Under the pieces are notes generated by a model that saw nothing but the letters and a program-made list of their open reading frames with translations, ran no database searches and was not told the DNA's origin. From the IMG/VR virus record IMGVR_UViG_3300027736_000023: 64,000 nucleotides of DNA; one strand, 5' to 3'. The position numbers and the translations under genes were made by a program. Positions 19,208-29,544 of this stretch are shown one piece after another. The DNA comes from an uncultured virus (IMG/VR IMGVR_UViG_3300027736_000023). Lineage: Duplodnaviria; Heunggongvirae; Uroviricota; Caudoviricetes. Numbering within the stretch: position 1 is the first letter of the stretch; each line of letters begins with the position of its first letter.

Positions 19208-20870
19208 AGTCTGATTTGATATCAGAGAAATGATCAGAATTTTCAATTAATAACTTAATATCAAAAAACTCTTCAGGTAAAGGATCATGTGAAATTACAA
19301 AAATAGTCATATTATATTTTTTAGAAAAGGTTTTTAATAGGTCTACGACTCTATAGATTGAATCTACGTCTAATGATGAAAATACTTCATCTAAAAATAA
19401 TAAATTAACTTTATGGTGTTTTAATTTTAATAATTCTAAAATACACAATAGAACAATTAGATTCATTTTCTTCTGTTCGCCAGCAGATAATGAATCTGGT
19501 GATATTTGAATTCCTAAATGAGTAATAATTGGATTAAATTCCAAATCAAATTCAAATGCAAACTTAAATTCTAATAATTTAGAGGTTTTTAAAATTTTAC
19601 GGTTTAACATTGGAATTATTTGACTCATTAATAGTCGCTTCATTCCATTATCTGATAGGATATCTTCCATTTCTTGAGAAATGGCCAATTTAGCCGAATA
19701 ACCAGCCTTATCAGTTGTTAAATTAGTAATTTCTGACTCAATTGTTGAAATTACTCCATTAATATATTCGGTACCAGTCCTTTTAGAGTCAATTTGGTTT
19801 AACTCAGATAACTCACGGTTAAGTGGGGATAATAGTCCATCAATTTTATAGAATGAGTCCCTAGATTCAACTTGTTCTGCCTTTTTTGTATTTAAGTCAG
19901 AATTAATTAAGTTAATATTTTCAACCAGCCCAGGTAATAAGTCGGATTGAGTTTTCTTTTTATTTAATAACTTGTCTTTTATTGTAATATGTGTTTCATC
20001 AGTTAAGTCAGAAAGACAGTGTGGACACTTATTTTTAGAATATAGATCTAATTTTTTCTGAATCTCAGTAATTGTATATTGAGTTGAGGCTTTTAAATCA
20101 CGAGCAACAGTAATACTCTTTTCAATAATTCCAACTTGTGAATTTAAGCTGGTATAAACAAGTCGCTTTTCTTCTTTTTGATTAGATAATTTAGTAATTT
20201 CAGCAGTAAGTTCAGAAATTCTAACTGCTTTAGCTGAATTTAAATCTAATTTTAAATTATCAAGTTGAGAAATTGAATTTTGTAAAATTGAATTATTATT
20301 TAATAAAGTAGAATCAATTGAGTGGATTGAAGTTCTTAAGTCTTTAACCTCTTCTTTAACTACTTTAGACATATCATTAACTATATCTAATCCAAATATT
20401 TTATCAATGATTTGACGTTTATCGTGCGGACTTAATTTAACAAAGCTTTTAAAATCATTAACTGATAGGCTAATTGTATTTGAAAATACGTTAAATGGAA
20501 TCTTAGTTAATTCTTCTTCAATAAATTCATCAACTCTACGTTTATCAGGTAAATTATGTTCTGAATTATTAATTAATAACTTTGAAAAATTAGGCTCTAA
20601 GCCTCTTTCTATTTCAATTTTATCACCGTTGGCGGCAATAAATTCAATATGAGTATAGGCATTTTTATTTATGCGGTTTGGAATCTCTTTGGTTTTACGA
20701 ATAGATGATTTACCATATAAGGCAACAGTTAATGCATCAGAAATTGATGATTTACCACTTCCATTTTTACCTTGAACTAAAATAAGTTGAGGATCTTCTG
20801 AAAATTTAAAAGTTTGTAATTTGTTTCCGTATGAACAAATATTTTTAAAAGAGAATTGAGTTATCTTCAT
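19206..20870 (-). CDS. gp46: Recombination ATPase, Rad50/SbcC-like (T4 gp46)
   Basis: GKNGSGKS Walker A, CPHC zinc hook, LSAGE signature, LFLDEVFSSLD and ISH. Confidence 0.95.
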   Translation of the reverse strand: MKITQFSFKNICSYGNKLQTFKFSEDPQLILVQGKNGSGKSSISDALTVALYGKSSIRKTKEIPNRINKNAYTHIEFIAANGDKIEIERGLEPNFSKLLINNSEHNLPDKRRVDEFIEEELTKIPFNVFSNTISLSVNDFKSFVKLSPHDKRQIIDKIFGLDIVNDMSKVVKEEVKDLRTSIHSIDSTLLNNNSILQNSISQLDNLKLDLNSAKAVRISELTAEITKLSNQKEEKRLVYTSLNSQVGIIEKSITVARDLKASTQYTITEIQKKLDLYSKNKCPHCLSDLTDETHITIKDKLLNKKKTQSDLLPGLVENINLINSDLNTKKAEQVESRDSFYKIDGLLSPLNRELSELNQIDSKRTGTEYINGVISTIESEITNLTTDKAGYSAKLAISQEMEDILSDNGMKRLLMSQIIPMLNRKILKTSKLLEFKFAFEFDLEFNPIITHLGIQISPDSLSAGEQKKMNLIVLLCILELLKLKHHKVNLLFLDEVFSSLDVDSIYRVVDLLKTFSKKYNMTIFVISHDPLPEEFFDIKLLIENSDHFSDIKSD

Positions 20871-20873
20871 TTG

Positions 20874-21362
20874 TTAAACAAAATAGGTTAAAGTTTGGCC
20901 TTCTACTACATCTAGTACTGATTTAAATATGCAAAGTTTATTAGGTGTATCAAATTCTCTAATCATATTTGGATAATCACTAATTCCATATATAAGTCCA
21001 TAACCTAATGGAATATTATGTGATTTTAAATTACTTAATGAATTTACATTGATTTTTGATTTTAATATTTCTATGTAGTCCGCATTTGATAATTCACCTG
21101 AATCTAGTCTTTTTATTAACTCCATTTCACCAAGTTGGGTAAATACTTTCATTTCATTATCTATAACCTCTTGATTAAGTATTAATTTTTTACCAAATTC
21201 TGGATTTGATTTAGTTAATATTATTGAATCTTTATTTGTTATGGTAAATACTGGACATACTTCAATTATTGTATTTTGAGGTATGTATTGAGTAGCAACT
21301 GCTTTAACTGAGGTACTGGTTTTTATAATTCTAACATAACTACTAATAAATGGGCTAAGCAT
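20874..21362 (-). CDS. Degenerate SET-domain-like protein
   Basis: ATQYIPQNTIIEVCPV, LGYGLIYGIS..PN and FKSVLDVVEGQTLTY follow the small bacterial/viral SET layout, but NHS is replaced by GIS. Confidence 0.55.
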   Translation of the reverse strand: MLSPFISSYVRIIKTSTSVKAVATQYIPQNTIIEVCPVFTITNKDSIILTKSNPEFGKKLILNQEVIDNEMKVFTQLGEMELIKRLDSGELSNADYIEILKSKINVNSLSNLKSHNIPLGYGLIYGISDYPNMIREFDTPNKLCIFKSVLDVVEGQTLTYFV

Positions 21363-22470
21363 AGGTATTTTGGCTTTTTACAAATTGATGAATTTCTATA
21401 AATTTTTTAGCTAAATTCATTTTAATATCTTGAGAATATTCTTTTGATTTTAAATACATTTTAAAAATATCAGAAATATTAAATCCATCTTCTGGATTAA
21501 AGTCAGACTGCATTTCAGCATCAGCTTCAGTTTGATCAGTGTATGTAAAAAATTCTATTTTACGGTGAGGTATATTAGAAATTTCTTCTAGAAATCGGGT
21601 AACTGATAATTTATTTGCAAAATTAATATTAATCATTATATCTATAAAATTATTACTAAATTTTTTATAGATTTCAGAAATTGGTAACTCTAATATATTC
21701 ATTATATCAAATTTAACAAAGGTTGGAGACTGTGTATTTTCAATAAATGTTTCAACTAAAACTGGCGAATCTACCTCTAATTGATAGAATCCTTTAACAT
21801 TACCAATATCTCCTCTATCCATTTGGTATGGAGTTCCAGTATATAAAATGTTATCACGCTCTTGTCTATGATGTATATGACCTCCATATACCCTTTTATA
21901 GGTATTTAGTGCATCAATTTCAATACCGTGCTCAACATGAGTCCATTTATTAAATTTTAAACCTTTAATATCAGCATGACATATTATATATTGACATAAG
22001 TTTCTATAATCATTAACCTTATTTGATAAAACTGACATGTCTTCTATCCATGGTAACATTAAGAAATTATGAGAATGGTTAATTGTTAATATCTCTGGGC
22101 TCTCAAATACATGAATATTATCGGCTAAATAACTTAATGATTTTAGTGAATGAATTTCATTTTTATCTTTATAATAAACATCATGATTACCTATAATGAT
22201 ATAAATTCCTCTTTTAAATTTTTTAGATAGTTTTTTAAAAATATCAAAGGCCTCATTTTGTATTCTGACATTAATAGATTCTCTAGAATGAAAAATATCT
22301 CCTTCTAAGATAAGTATATCCCGGTTTTCATCAAAATCTTCGTCTACTTTTGTTAGTAAAAAATCTAATAAAAAGTCTCGTTGAATATTCATCCATTCAA
22401 CTGAATTATTTCGAATTCCTAAATGAAGATCTCCAACCAGTGTTATTTTTCTAATATTGGTTAAATTCAT
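21355..22470 (-). CDS. gp47: Recombination nuclease, Mre11/SbcD-like (T4 gp47)
   Basis: GDLHLG, GDIFH, GNHD and GGHIH metallophosphoesterase motifs; YTGTPYQ. Confidence 0.95.
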   Translation of the reverse strand: MNLTNIRKITLVGDLHLGIRNNSVEWMNIQRDFLLDFLLTKVDEDFDENRDILILEGDIFHSRESINVRIQNEAFDIFKKLSKKFKRGIYIIIGNHDVYYKDKNEIHSLKSLSYLADNIHVFESPEILTINHSHNFLMLPWIEDMSVLSNKVNDYRNLCQYIICHADIKGLKFNKWTHVEHGIEIDALNTYKRVYGGHIHHRQERDNILYTGTPYQMDRGDIGNVKGFYQLEVDSPVLVETFIENTQSPTFVKFDIMNILELPISEIYKKFSNNFIDIMININFANKLSVTRFLEEISNIPHRKIEFFTYTDQTEADAEMQSDFNPEDGFNISDIFKMYLKSKEYSQDIKMNLAKKFIEIHQFVKSQNTYA

Positions 22471-22472
22471 TA

Positions 22473-23129
22473 TTAAAACATTTTTAAGTTTTTAGATGAT
22501 TTATCTAGAAATGAATATTTTTTATTTAATTCAATTAATAGGATTTCTTTATTATCATAAATCAACATATCAAATAGCTTTTTATATTCCATGCAGGTTA
22601 ATGCAGATATTGTATCTAATACATGAATTGAACTTACAAATACACTAGCAGATTCGCCTACACTAACACCATTTAATATTATTTTAAATAAATCATTAAT
22701 TTCAGATTTTATAAATTTCTTCTTAGCCGGTTCAGGTCCCAATATTAAATTAACTTCATCTGATGTAGAAATAAATTTGTTTATATCAACTTGAGTTATT
22801 TTAAAATCAATACCATCAATATATTTTTCTTTATCATATAGATGATAGTCTGGAGAACTTGAATCTAATTTAATTTCATTATACGAATGAATTTCGTCTT
22901 CATCTTCAACCAGAGTAGAACCTGCATTATATGAATTATTAAATATTTTATCTGTTTTTTTAAGTTTAGCATAGTCAGCTTTACGTCTATCTAATTCAAC
23001 TTGGTCTTCTGACTCTAAATCATCTTCAACTTGGTCAGATTCATCAGAATCTAATAACTCTAGAGTAGAATCATCCTGGTCTTCAAATCCTAAATCTTCA
23101 AATAGGTCATCATTTTTCTTTTTTGCCAT
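22473..23129 (-). CDS. Hypothetical protein with acidic N-terminus
   Basis: 218-aa ORF in the replication operon. Confidence 0.7.
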   Translation of the reverse strand: MAKKKNDDLFEDLGFEDQDDSTLELLDSDESDQVEDDLESEDQVELDRRKADYAKLKKTDKIFNNSYNAGSTLVEDEDEIHSYNEIKLDSSSPDYHLYDKEKYIDGIDFKITQVDINKFISTSDEVNLILGPEPAKKKFIKSEINDLFKIILNGVSVGESASVFVSSIHVLDTISALTCMEYKKLFDMLIYDNKEILLIELNKKYSFLDKSSKNLKMF

Positions 23130-23145
23130 TATTTTAGTATTTTTT

Positions 23146-24663
23146 TTAATTAATTAAACTTAATATATCATCATGTGAAGTATTAAACGGTCGGGCTAGA
23201 GCCTCTGCCATTGGAATTAAATTAGGCGGCAGGGTTGTTTGAGTTGTCTGTGCACTATGATATTGATTTCTCATTTGATTTTCTAAGGATTGAGTATCAT
23301 CATCATCTGAATAAAATTCTGAGGCTGGATCCGTCTCTTCAATTAATTTAGCAAATTCATAACTCATACGATACATTTTAAAACTTTCGTTATATCCACC
23401 ATCTCTATTTGCAATCAATTTAATCTTCATACGTTTTTCCATAGGGCCTCTCATTAAGCCAAATAGCGAATCTACTGTGTGTACTAAACCAAATGACTCG
23501 GCAATATCTGACATACTTAAGTCTTGATCATCTACTGCATCTCTTTTAATTTGAGTTGCGGTAATAATACACCATTCGTTTCTAATTGCAATTGCTCTTA
23601 ACTCTTCAGATATAACTTTAATTTTTTCATATGTACTGCCCTGCTCTCGCATAGGTCTCATTAAGTTAATATAGTCAACTACAATAATTGTAAATTTCTT
23701 TCCAGTATTTTGTTGAACTTTTAAAAAATAATTCTCTATATCAATTGCAGTAGCCGTACCGGTAGGAAATTCTTTAACTTGTAACTCGCCAAGAGTTGAA
23801 ACCGTTTCTTTTAATGATTTCATCTTATGAGTAACTTCATTTACCTGACTTGGGTCTAACATTGCATCATATTCTTTAAATGGAATACTTAAAACCATTG
23901 AGCCTAATCTTTTCATGTATTTACGATCAGATAATTCAAGAGTAGCAATTCCTACTTGACAACCTGCAACAAAGGCTCGGCCTGCAATATTAGAAAGAAC
24001 CATTGATTTTCCAACCTTTGGTCGGCCTTGAAAAACAACAAGCGTTTTTGGGTTCCAACCGCCACCTAATGTTTTATCAAAAAACTTAAAGCCGGTAGGA
24101 TTTCCTATTTTTGATAACTGTACGTGATCTACTGGATTAAAAAAATCTAAGCCCGATTCGGCATTAGTAAATGAAACATTTAATTTATCATTAAATTTAG
24201 AACGAACTTCATTTGTAATAAGTTCTACATTCTCAGGATTAATATCAGTTGTTTTTAAATAGGATAAGACATCAATAACTGATTCATTTAAATTTTTATA
24301 AAAAATAAAGGCCTTTGTATATTTAAATAAAAAGTCATAATTATAACTGGTTAAGTCAACCGCAAACACCTTATTAAATTTATCTTCCGGCAAATCTAAA
24401 TTTGCTAGATTTGCAAGTTCCCTAAGTTCGTTCTTAGTTGGGACTTTTTTGTATTCTAAAAAAAATTTCTTGGATTCTCTATATAACCTTTGTAGGGTAT
24501 CATCATTAAAATAATTAGCCTTTATCATTGGTATGATTTCTCTTTTATCTAGAGAATCATAATTTTTAGGTTTAATTACAGTATCATTATCATCTTCAGT
24601 TAAGACAAAATTGAAAATTATTCTTTCAAGTAATTCAATATTCTCTTTAAAATCAATCATCAT
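23146..24663 (-). CDS. gp41: Replicative DnaB-family helicase (T4 gp41-like)
   Basis: PTGF..FD..LGGG, GRPKVGKS, TLELS, VKEFPTG, VVDYINLM, TATQ and IAESFG. Confidence 0.93.
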   Translation of the reverse strand: MMIDFKENIELLERIIFNFVLTEDDNDTVIKPKNYDSLDKREIIPMIKANYFNDDTLQRLYRESKKFFLEYKKVPTKNELRELANLANLDLPEDKFNKVFAVDLTSYNYDFLFKYTKAFIFYKNLNESVIDVLSYLKTTDINPENVELITNEVRSKFNDKLNVSFTNAESGLDFFNPVDHVQLSKIGNPTGFKFFDKTLGGGWNPKTLVVFQGRPKVGKSMVLSNIAGRAFVAGCQVGIATLELSDRKYMKRLGSMVLSIPFKEYDAMLDPSQVNEVTHKMKSLKETVSTLGELQVKEFPTGTATAIDIENYFLKVQQNTGKKFTIIVVDYINLMRPMREQGSTYEKIKVISEELRAIAIRNEWCIITATQIKRDAVDDQDLSMSDIAESFGLVHTVDSLFGLMRGPMEKRMKIKLIANRDGGYNESFKMYRMSYEFAKLIEETDPASEFYSDDDDTQSLENQMRNQYHSAQTTQTTLPPNLIPMAEALARPFNTSHDDILSLIN

Positions 24664-24676
24664 AGGTTAAGTCGTA

Positions 24677-25024
24677 TTATGCTATTAAATAGTACTTTAA
24701 AAATTCAGATTCTGGCATAAATATAAATTCTCCTTTTTTAATTAATAATCCAGTATCTAATAGGTCTTTAATTAAAATTTTTAATTTTGCTTTAAACGAC
24801 TCATTTTTCATATGATCGCCAAATACATATTTTAAAGTTTTAGTTGAAAACTTAATATCATTTGAGTCCCAGTCTTTCTCTTTTAATTCAGTTACTCTAA
24901 CAATATGAGCCGCAACATCAAACATAAAATCTTGAGCGGATGGATAATTAGGCATTGCTGAATGAACGCTTAATTTATATTTTATAGGTAATTCATCTTT
25001 TATCTTAAATATCATCTGAGTCAT
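24677..25024 (-). CDS. Hypothetical protein
   Basis: 115-aa ORF between uvsX and the helicase gene. Confidence 0.65.
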   Translation of the reverse strand: MTQMIFKIKDELPIKYKLSVHSAMPNYPSAQDFMFDVAAHIVRVTELKEKDWDSNDIKFSTKTLKYVFGDHMKNESFKAKLKILIKDLLDTGLLIKKGEFIFMPESEFLKYYLIA

Positions 25025-26195
25025 CAGTTAAGTCTTCTAATTCCGCAGTTTCTAATGTATCAATTCCATCTTGTGTTTCAGGAAATTTAAAAGTTGGTTT
25101 AATAACTTTTTCGTCTAATTCAGTTAATACTTCATGTGTAAATAGTCTAGCTGAGAAAAATTCTTTAACTGGAACTGCATCACCATTATGACGAATAATA
25201 TAAGTTTTACCTAATTTCTTTGGTAAAAAATAAAAAGTTTCACCAGCAACTTCAAATTTTGAACACAGTTCAGATTCGTCAGACTTAAGTTTAGAAAATT
25301 CTTTTTCAGTAAGTTTATTACCTCTACCAACTCCGCATGATTCCCAATTAACATACTGTTCAAGGCCAACATATTGATTCATGCCTTTATGAAAAGAAAT
25401 ATGAAATTCAATATCAATTGGTCTGGATAATCTATTCTTTTTTGTTTTAGAACGAACAATAATTCCAGTTGTAGTTTTAGCCTCATCGCGAAGAGTTCCT
25501 TTACTTAACATCAAGATAATTGATGCAGAGAATTCTGGACCTCCACCACCAGACATACCCTTTGGTGTATATTGATCCATTGAGGCATATGTATGATTTG
25601 TAAAAATAAAAGGAACTTTATAATTTGAAAGATCCAATGTTAATGATTTAAATAGTGATCTCATTTCTTTTGCACGAAGTCCCATATCTGCAGCATTTTT
25701 ACCTGCCTCCATATCGCGTTGACTCTTATCAGTATCTAACATGCCTACTGAGTCTACAAATAGTGCAAGCTTAAGTCCTGGATTCTCCTTGAGCGTTTCA
25801 ATTAGATCATGCACATAGAATTTAACTTCACTAATAAGCCCCATACGTAAATATTTTAATTTAGTTAGGTCTACTCCAAATTTAACATAGTCGCCTGAGT
25901 CAATTGCACCTTCAGTATCAATGTAAATTACCATATAGTCTTTTTTCTGCAATTCACGAACTGCATTTAGACATAAAAATGTTTTACCTGAACCCGAGTC
26001 TCCAGCAATTCCAATACTACGAGTATTAGGATATCCGCCAAATAGTGAGCCTGACATTTGTGCACTTAATAAATAATTTCCAGTTGGAATGTATTCTTCA
26101 ATATCAGAAAAACCTCTGATTTCGATTTTAGATTTTACCTTTTTCTCGAGCAAGTCGTTAAACTTTGCGAAAGCATCCATTGTTGATTTTGCCAT
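25005..26195 (-). CDS. uvsX: RecA/UvsX recombinase
   Basis: IPTGNYLL, GDSGSGKT, YIDTEGA, FVDSVG, ADMGLRAK, FTNHTY and SGGGG. Confidence 0.93.
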   Translation of the reverse strand: MAKSTMDAFAKFNDLLEKKVKSKIEIRGFSDIEEYIPTGNYLLSAQMSGSLFGGYPNTRSIGIAGDSGSGKTFLCLNAVRELQKKDYMVIYIDTEGAIDSGDYVKFGVDLTKLKYLRMGLISEVKFYVHDLIETLKENPGLKLALFVDSVGMLDTDKSQRDMEAGKNAADMGLRAKEMRSLFKSLTLDLSNYKVPFIFTNHTYASMDQYTPKGMSGGGGPEFSASIILMLSKGTLRDEAKTTTGIIVRSKTKKNRLSRPIDIEFHISFHKGMNQYVGLEQYVNWESCGVGRGNKLTEKEFSKLKSDESELCSKFEVAGETFYFLPKKLGKTYIIRHNGDAVPVKEFFSARLFTHEVLTELDEKVIKPTFKFPETQDGIDTLETAELEDLTDDSDDI

Positions 26196-26246
26196 AGTGT
26201 TTTAGAGTTTAATTCAATATCTTGTACAATAAGATATATTCTAGTT

Positions 26247-26834
26247 TCAATTAAAATAAGAAACTAATAAAAAAGCACCAGATAGAATAGTTGAGTCAGA
26301 AAAGTCTCCATTTACAACTTGATGAAAGCCAAGTTTTACAATTTCAGAAGAGTCTTTATTAAATGGAGATTTAGCTAAAGTTCTAGTAAAATTAAATTGA
26401 CTATCAGGTTTGCTAATATTAGTTAAGTCAATTGCATAACACTTAAATTTAGAAGAAATTGGTGTACTTGTTGAAATATTACCCAGATAAAAAATATCGT
26501 CTTCAGTAATTCCAAGCTCTTCAATATTTAAACCAGCTTCTTCTAATAATGAGCGGTATATTGTATCAATTGGAGTTTGATCTTTAGATGGATCAACTGA
26601 ATCTATAAGTAAAGTTGTATCAGTTTGACCAGTTGCATGATTTTCAAATTTTAATCCATAAATAGATTTTATTGTATCATCTGCTGTTTTTTCAAATGGT
26701 AAAATTACAATATAATTGGTTTTACATGAAAGTACATTAGTCTTATCGGTATCTCTAGTAAGAGAGATTATTTCAATTTCACCATTTATATTTGGTAAAT
26801 TCGATTTAGATATTTTAACTAATGGCTGTTGCAT
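26247..26834 (-). CDS. Nudix-fold-like protein with a degenerate Nudix box
   Basis: DQTPIDTIYRSLLEEAGL resembles REUxEExGU; YIVILPF and YLG flanking strands. Confidence 0.5.
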   Translation of the reverse strand: MQQPLVKISKSNLPNINGEIEIISLTRDTDKTNVLSCKTNYIVILPFEKTADDTIKSIYGLKFENHATGQTDTTLLIDSVDPSKDQTPIDTIYRSLLEEAGLNIEELGITEDDIFYLGNISTSTPISSKFKCYAIDLTNISKPDSQFNFTRTLAKSPFNKDSSEIVKLGFHQVVNGDFSDSTILSGAFLLVSYFN

Positions 26835-27495
26835 TTATTTTCTTCTTTTTATCTTGACCAAATGACTTTACTAAAGAGTCTTTGATTGAATTTGTTGTTA
26901 CACTATTATTTATATACATAGATAACCGGTTTAAAAATTGTTCTTTATCCTGAGAATTTGTATACATCATCTTGAGTAGATTCTTGCTGGGTAATTTAAT
27001 TGAAACGGTTAATGCTAATTCGGTATCTTCAAGTGCAAACATTCCAAATAAATCGCCGGCATCAACTAGAGTAGTTGGAATATGTGCTGGAATAGTCGTT
27101 GGAACGGGTGGTTTCTCTTTAGCTGCATTAATTAAGTCATTTTTAAATTCTTCTGGAATTCCTGGAGCAATGTCATTAGAGTCACTTAGACTTGGAATAT
27201 AATTAATTGATTGTATTTCAGCCATACTTAGTGCAGGCTGATCGTCCATTAACATCATTAAGTCACTACTTAATCGGTCAGTATCAATTCGACTACCGTC
27301 TGATAATTGGGCAATATATTTGCCGCGATTGCCTGGTTCAATCTCTACTACACTTACAATTTTACCCATTTTTGAACGGTCTTGAGTTTTAATCCATTGA
27401 AGTTTATTTCCTTGGAAAGTATTTTTAATTGCCATCAATTCTTCTATATCCATACCAGTTATTATTTTTTTAAGTTTTTTTAGTAGATTTTTCAC
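26815..27495 (-). CDS. Hypothetical protein (true start possibly MDIEEL at 27453)
   Basis: 226-aa ORF; no polymerase motifs despite following the truncated polymerase. Confidence 0.65.
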   Translation of the reverse strand: MKNLLKKLKKIITGMDIEELMAIKNTFQGNKLQWIKTQDRSKMGKIVSVVEIEPGNRGKYIAQLSDGSRIDTDRLSSDLMMLMDDQPALSMAEIQSINYIPSLSDSNDIAPGIPEEFKNDLINAAKEKPPVPTTIPAHIPTTLVDAGDLFGMFALEDTELALTVSIKLPSKNLLKMMYTNSQDKEQFLNRLSMYINNSVTTNSIKDSLVKSFGQDKKKKINATAIS

Positions 27496-28861
27496 TGTCT
27501 AATTGCTCTTCTAATTTTTTCATTTCATTTTTTGTATCAACTCTACCATTATACAGTTTGGTTAAAATAGTTCGAGCAGCTGAGTCAAATTTATTTGTAA
27601 ATATCGTACAATTCTTTGTTAAAATAGTTTCAGGATTTATTACAGTATCCGATTTAGATTTACCAACATATGAGTCTGGCGAAATATTAAACTGTATTTG
27701 AATGTTTGGATACATTGATGCAAAGTCAAAACATGAAACATACTTATAGAATCCTGGTTCTGGTTTTGCAACATAGGCACCATCATAAGTTGCTTCATTT
27801 TCAACATCGCGTTTATCATTTGCCATATAGCGGCCACGTGCTAAAAATTCACGACACATTAAGGTTTCAGTAATGAATACTGCACTAAATACTTTTGATA
27901 CGTCAACTTTTGCAAATTTAGATATTGCAAAAGCTACATCAAGTAATCCTAATTTATCTTCAATTAATTTAACTAGGATTGTATCAATTATATTGTATTT
28001 TACGAAATTTTCAATATCTTGTTGAGCTTCCATCATTGTTGCATAGGCACTATGTAATTTAGTAGTTCCCAATACAAGATTTGCAATATAGTCTAATTTA
28101 TAATTCTCAACCACTTTATATGGTTTAGTGTTCATAAATACTTCCATGTAATCTAATAAGCCTAAATGGATTGGCATTTTATTTTTACCTATTAATTTAG
28201 CACATGGCATTTTTTCCATAGGATCAATACCTAACCGCTTACACCGGTTAATTAAATAAAGCCAGTCAAAGCCAATAACATTCCAACCAGTTAAAAATGG
28301 AATTTTAGGAAGAGCTTTATGAAAAAACATATTTAACATATCTTCTTCTTTTTCAAAATAGACATATTTAATTGAAAAGATTTGACTGTGGGCTTTAAAA
28401 TAGTCATTTACTTCATCTTGCATGGTAGAAACAGTTTTATTTGATAAGTCTTTCATGGTTGAAAGTACAAAACAAACGTTATCTTCATTTACAAATGTAA
28501 TTAAATTAACTGGCATTAGAGCCTTTGCTGGATCAGGAAAATCTTGAGATGTTAATTGAATCTCAATATCTAAATAATATTTTTTAGGGCTAAGATCTGA
28601 ATATACTTTAACTAATTCATCTGGTGTTAATCTGGTTTGGGTTAATTCTTCTAGTCTAAATCGATTAAGCCACTTATTTTGGGCTTTTTTTAAATATCGG
28701 TTATCCCAATTACGAAATTCAGTTGGGTTAGGCGTAAGCATCCAATTAAATAAGTCAGCTGACTGAATTGGCTTTTTGATAAAAGCAATATTACCAGTTT
28801 CATCATAATATGAAATCATTAAGGTTGAGTCATCACTATTAAATTCAGTACTAATTATCAT
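27470..28861 (-). CDS. gp43: Family B DNA polymerase, N-terminal part only (exonuclease plus motif A)
   Basis: LDIEI (ExoI), TGWNVIGFDWLYL (ExoII), YKLDYIA, YNIID (ExoIII), YDGAYV and FDFASMYPNI...NISPD (motif A); stops at TAA before motifs B and C. Confidence 0.9.
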   Translation of the reverse strand: MIISTEFNSDDSTLMISYYDETGNIAFIKKPIQSADLFNWMLTPNPTEFRNWDNRYLKKAQNKWLNRFRLEELTQTRLTPDELVKVYSDLSPKKYYLDIEIQLTSQDFPDPAKALMPVNLITFVNEDNVCFVLSTMKDLSNKTVSTMQDEVNDYFKAHSQIFSIKYVYFEKEEDMLNMFFHKALPKIPFLTGWNVIGFDWLYLINRCKRLGIDPMEKMPCAKLIGKNKMPIHLGLLDYMEVFMNTKPYKVVENYKLDYIANLVLGTTKLHSAYATMMEAQQDIENFVKYNIIDTILVKLIEDKLGLLDVAFAISKFAKVDVSKVFSAVFITETLMCREFLARGRYMANDKRDVENEATYDGAYVAKPEPGFYKYVSCFDFASMYPNIQIQFNISPDSYVGKSKSDTVINPETILTKNCTIFTNKFDSAARTILTKLYNGRVDTKNEMKKLEEQLDSEKSTKKT

Positions 28862-28903
28862 TTATTAAAAATTAAGTGAATATTATATAGTTAATATACT
28901 AAA

Positions 28904-29356
28904 CTATGAACCGGTTGAGCCAAATCCACCAGCTCCACGAGCAGTTGTCTCTGAATAAACTTCAGATTCAGTTAAGCACTCAAGTATAGTAGGTTTTATA
29001 ATTGGAGTTAATATAAACTGTACAAGTTTATCACCAGGGTTAATAGTAGCTGGAATCCAAGGTGATGTATTATATACATGTAGATGAATTTCACCTTGAT
29101 AATCACAATCTACTACACATGCTCCAACTTGAAGTCGCTTTTTTGTAGCAACTCCACTTTTATTATAGGCAATAAGTGCTGTGTCTATTGGAATATTAAC
29201 TCTTATCCCACTTGGAATAAGTATTGATTCCCCAGGTGCTAAAACAATTTGAGTTTCACTGTTTGGTACAAAAAAATCTAGCCCAGCTGAGCCAACTGAT
29301 CCATACTCTGGAGTTTTTACGTCTTTTGTTTTAATAAATTTAATAATAGATTGCAT
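28904..29356 (-). CDS. dut: Trimeric dUTPase
   Basis: SAGLDF, KSG, VVDCDYQGEI, KLVQ and RGAGGFGSTG. Confidence 0.95.
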   Translation of the reverse strand: MQSIIKFIKTKDVKTPEYGSVGSAGLDFFVPNSETQIVLAPGESILIPSGIRVNIPIDTALIAYNKSGVATKKRLQVGACVVDCDYQGEIHLHVYNTSPWIPATINPGDKLVQFILTPIIKPTILECLTESEVYSETTARGAGGFGSTGS

Positions 29357-29448
29357 ACACGTATATATGATTTTGTTAAAATATAGTATTATATTGACTC
29401 TTTTATCATAAAAGTGAAAAAGGTTTAACTTTTATTGAGTAAATCTTT

Positions 29449-29521
29449 TATAAATAACTTTAATAGCAAAGTCCAAACATTAAAATCTTTAAAATTGGGA
29501 GTTGACTGATAAATAAATAAC
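29449..29521 (+). promoter_or_regulatory. Tandem late promoter boxes ahead of the sheath gene
   Basis: TATAAATAAC at 29449-29458 and GATAAATAAATAAC at 29508-29521. Confidence 0.65.
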
Positions 29522-29544
29522 TTTAAAAATAATAATAGATCGAA

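Noticed and set aside
27470..27500. Stop-codon reassignment explaining the short polymerase
   Set aside because: The stop is TAA, other genes are full length in the standard code with TAG and TGA used as stops, and the downstream sequence lacks polymerase motifs.
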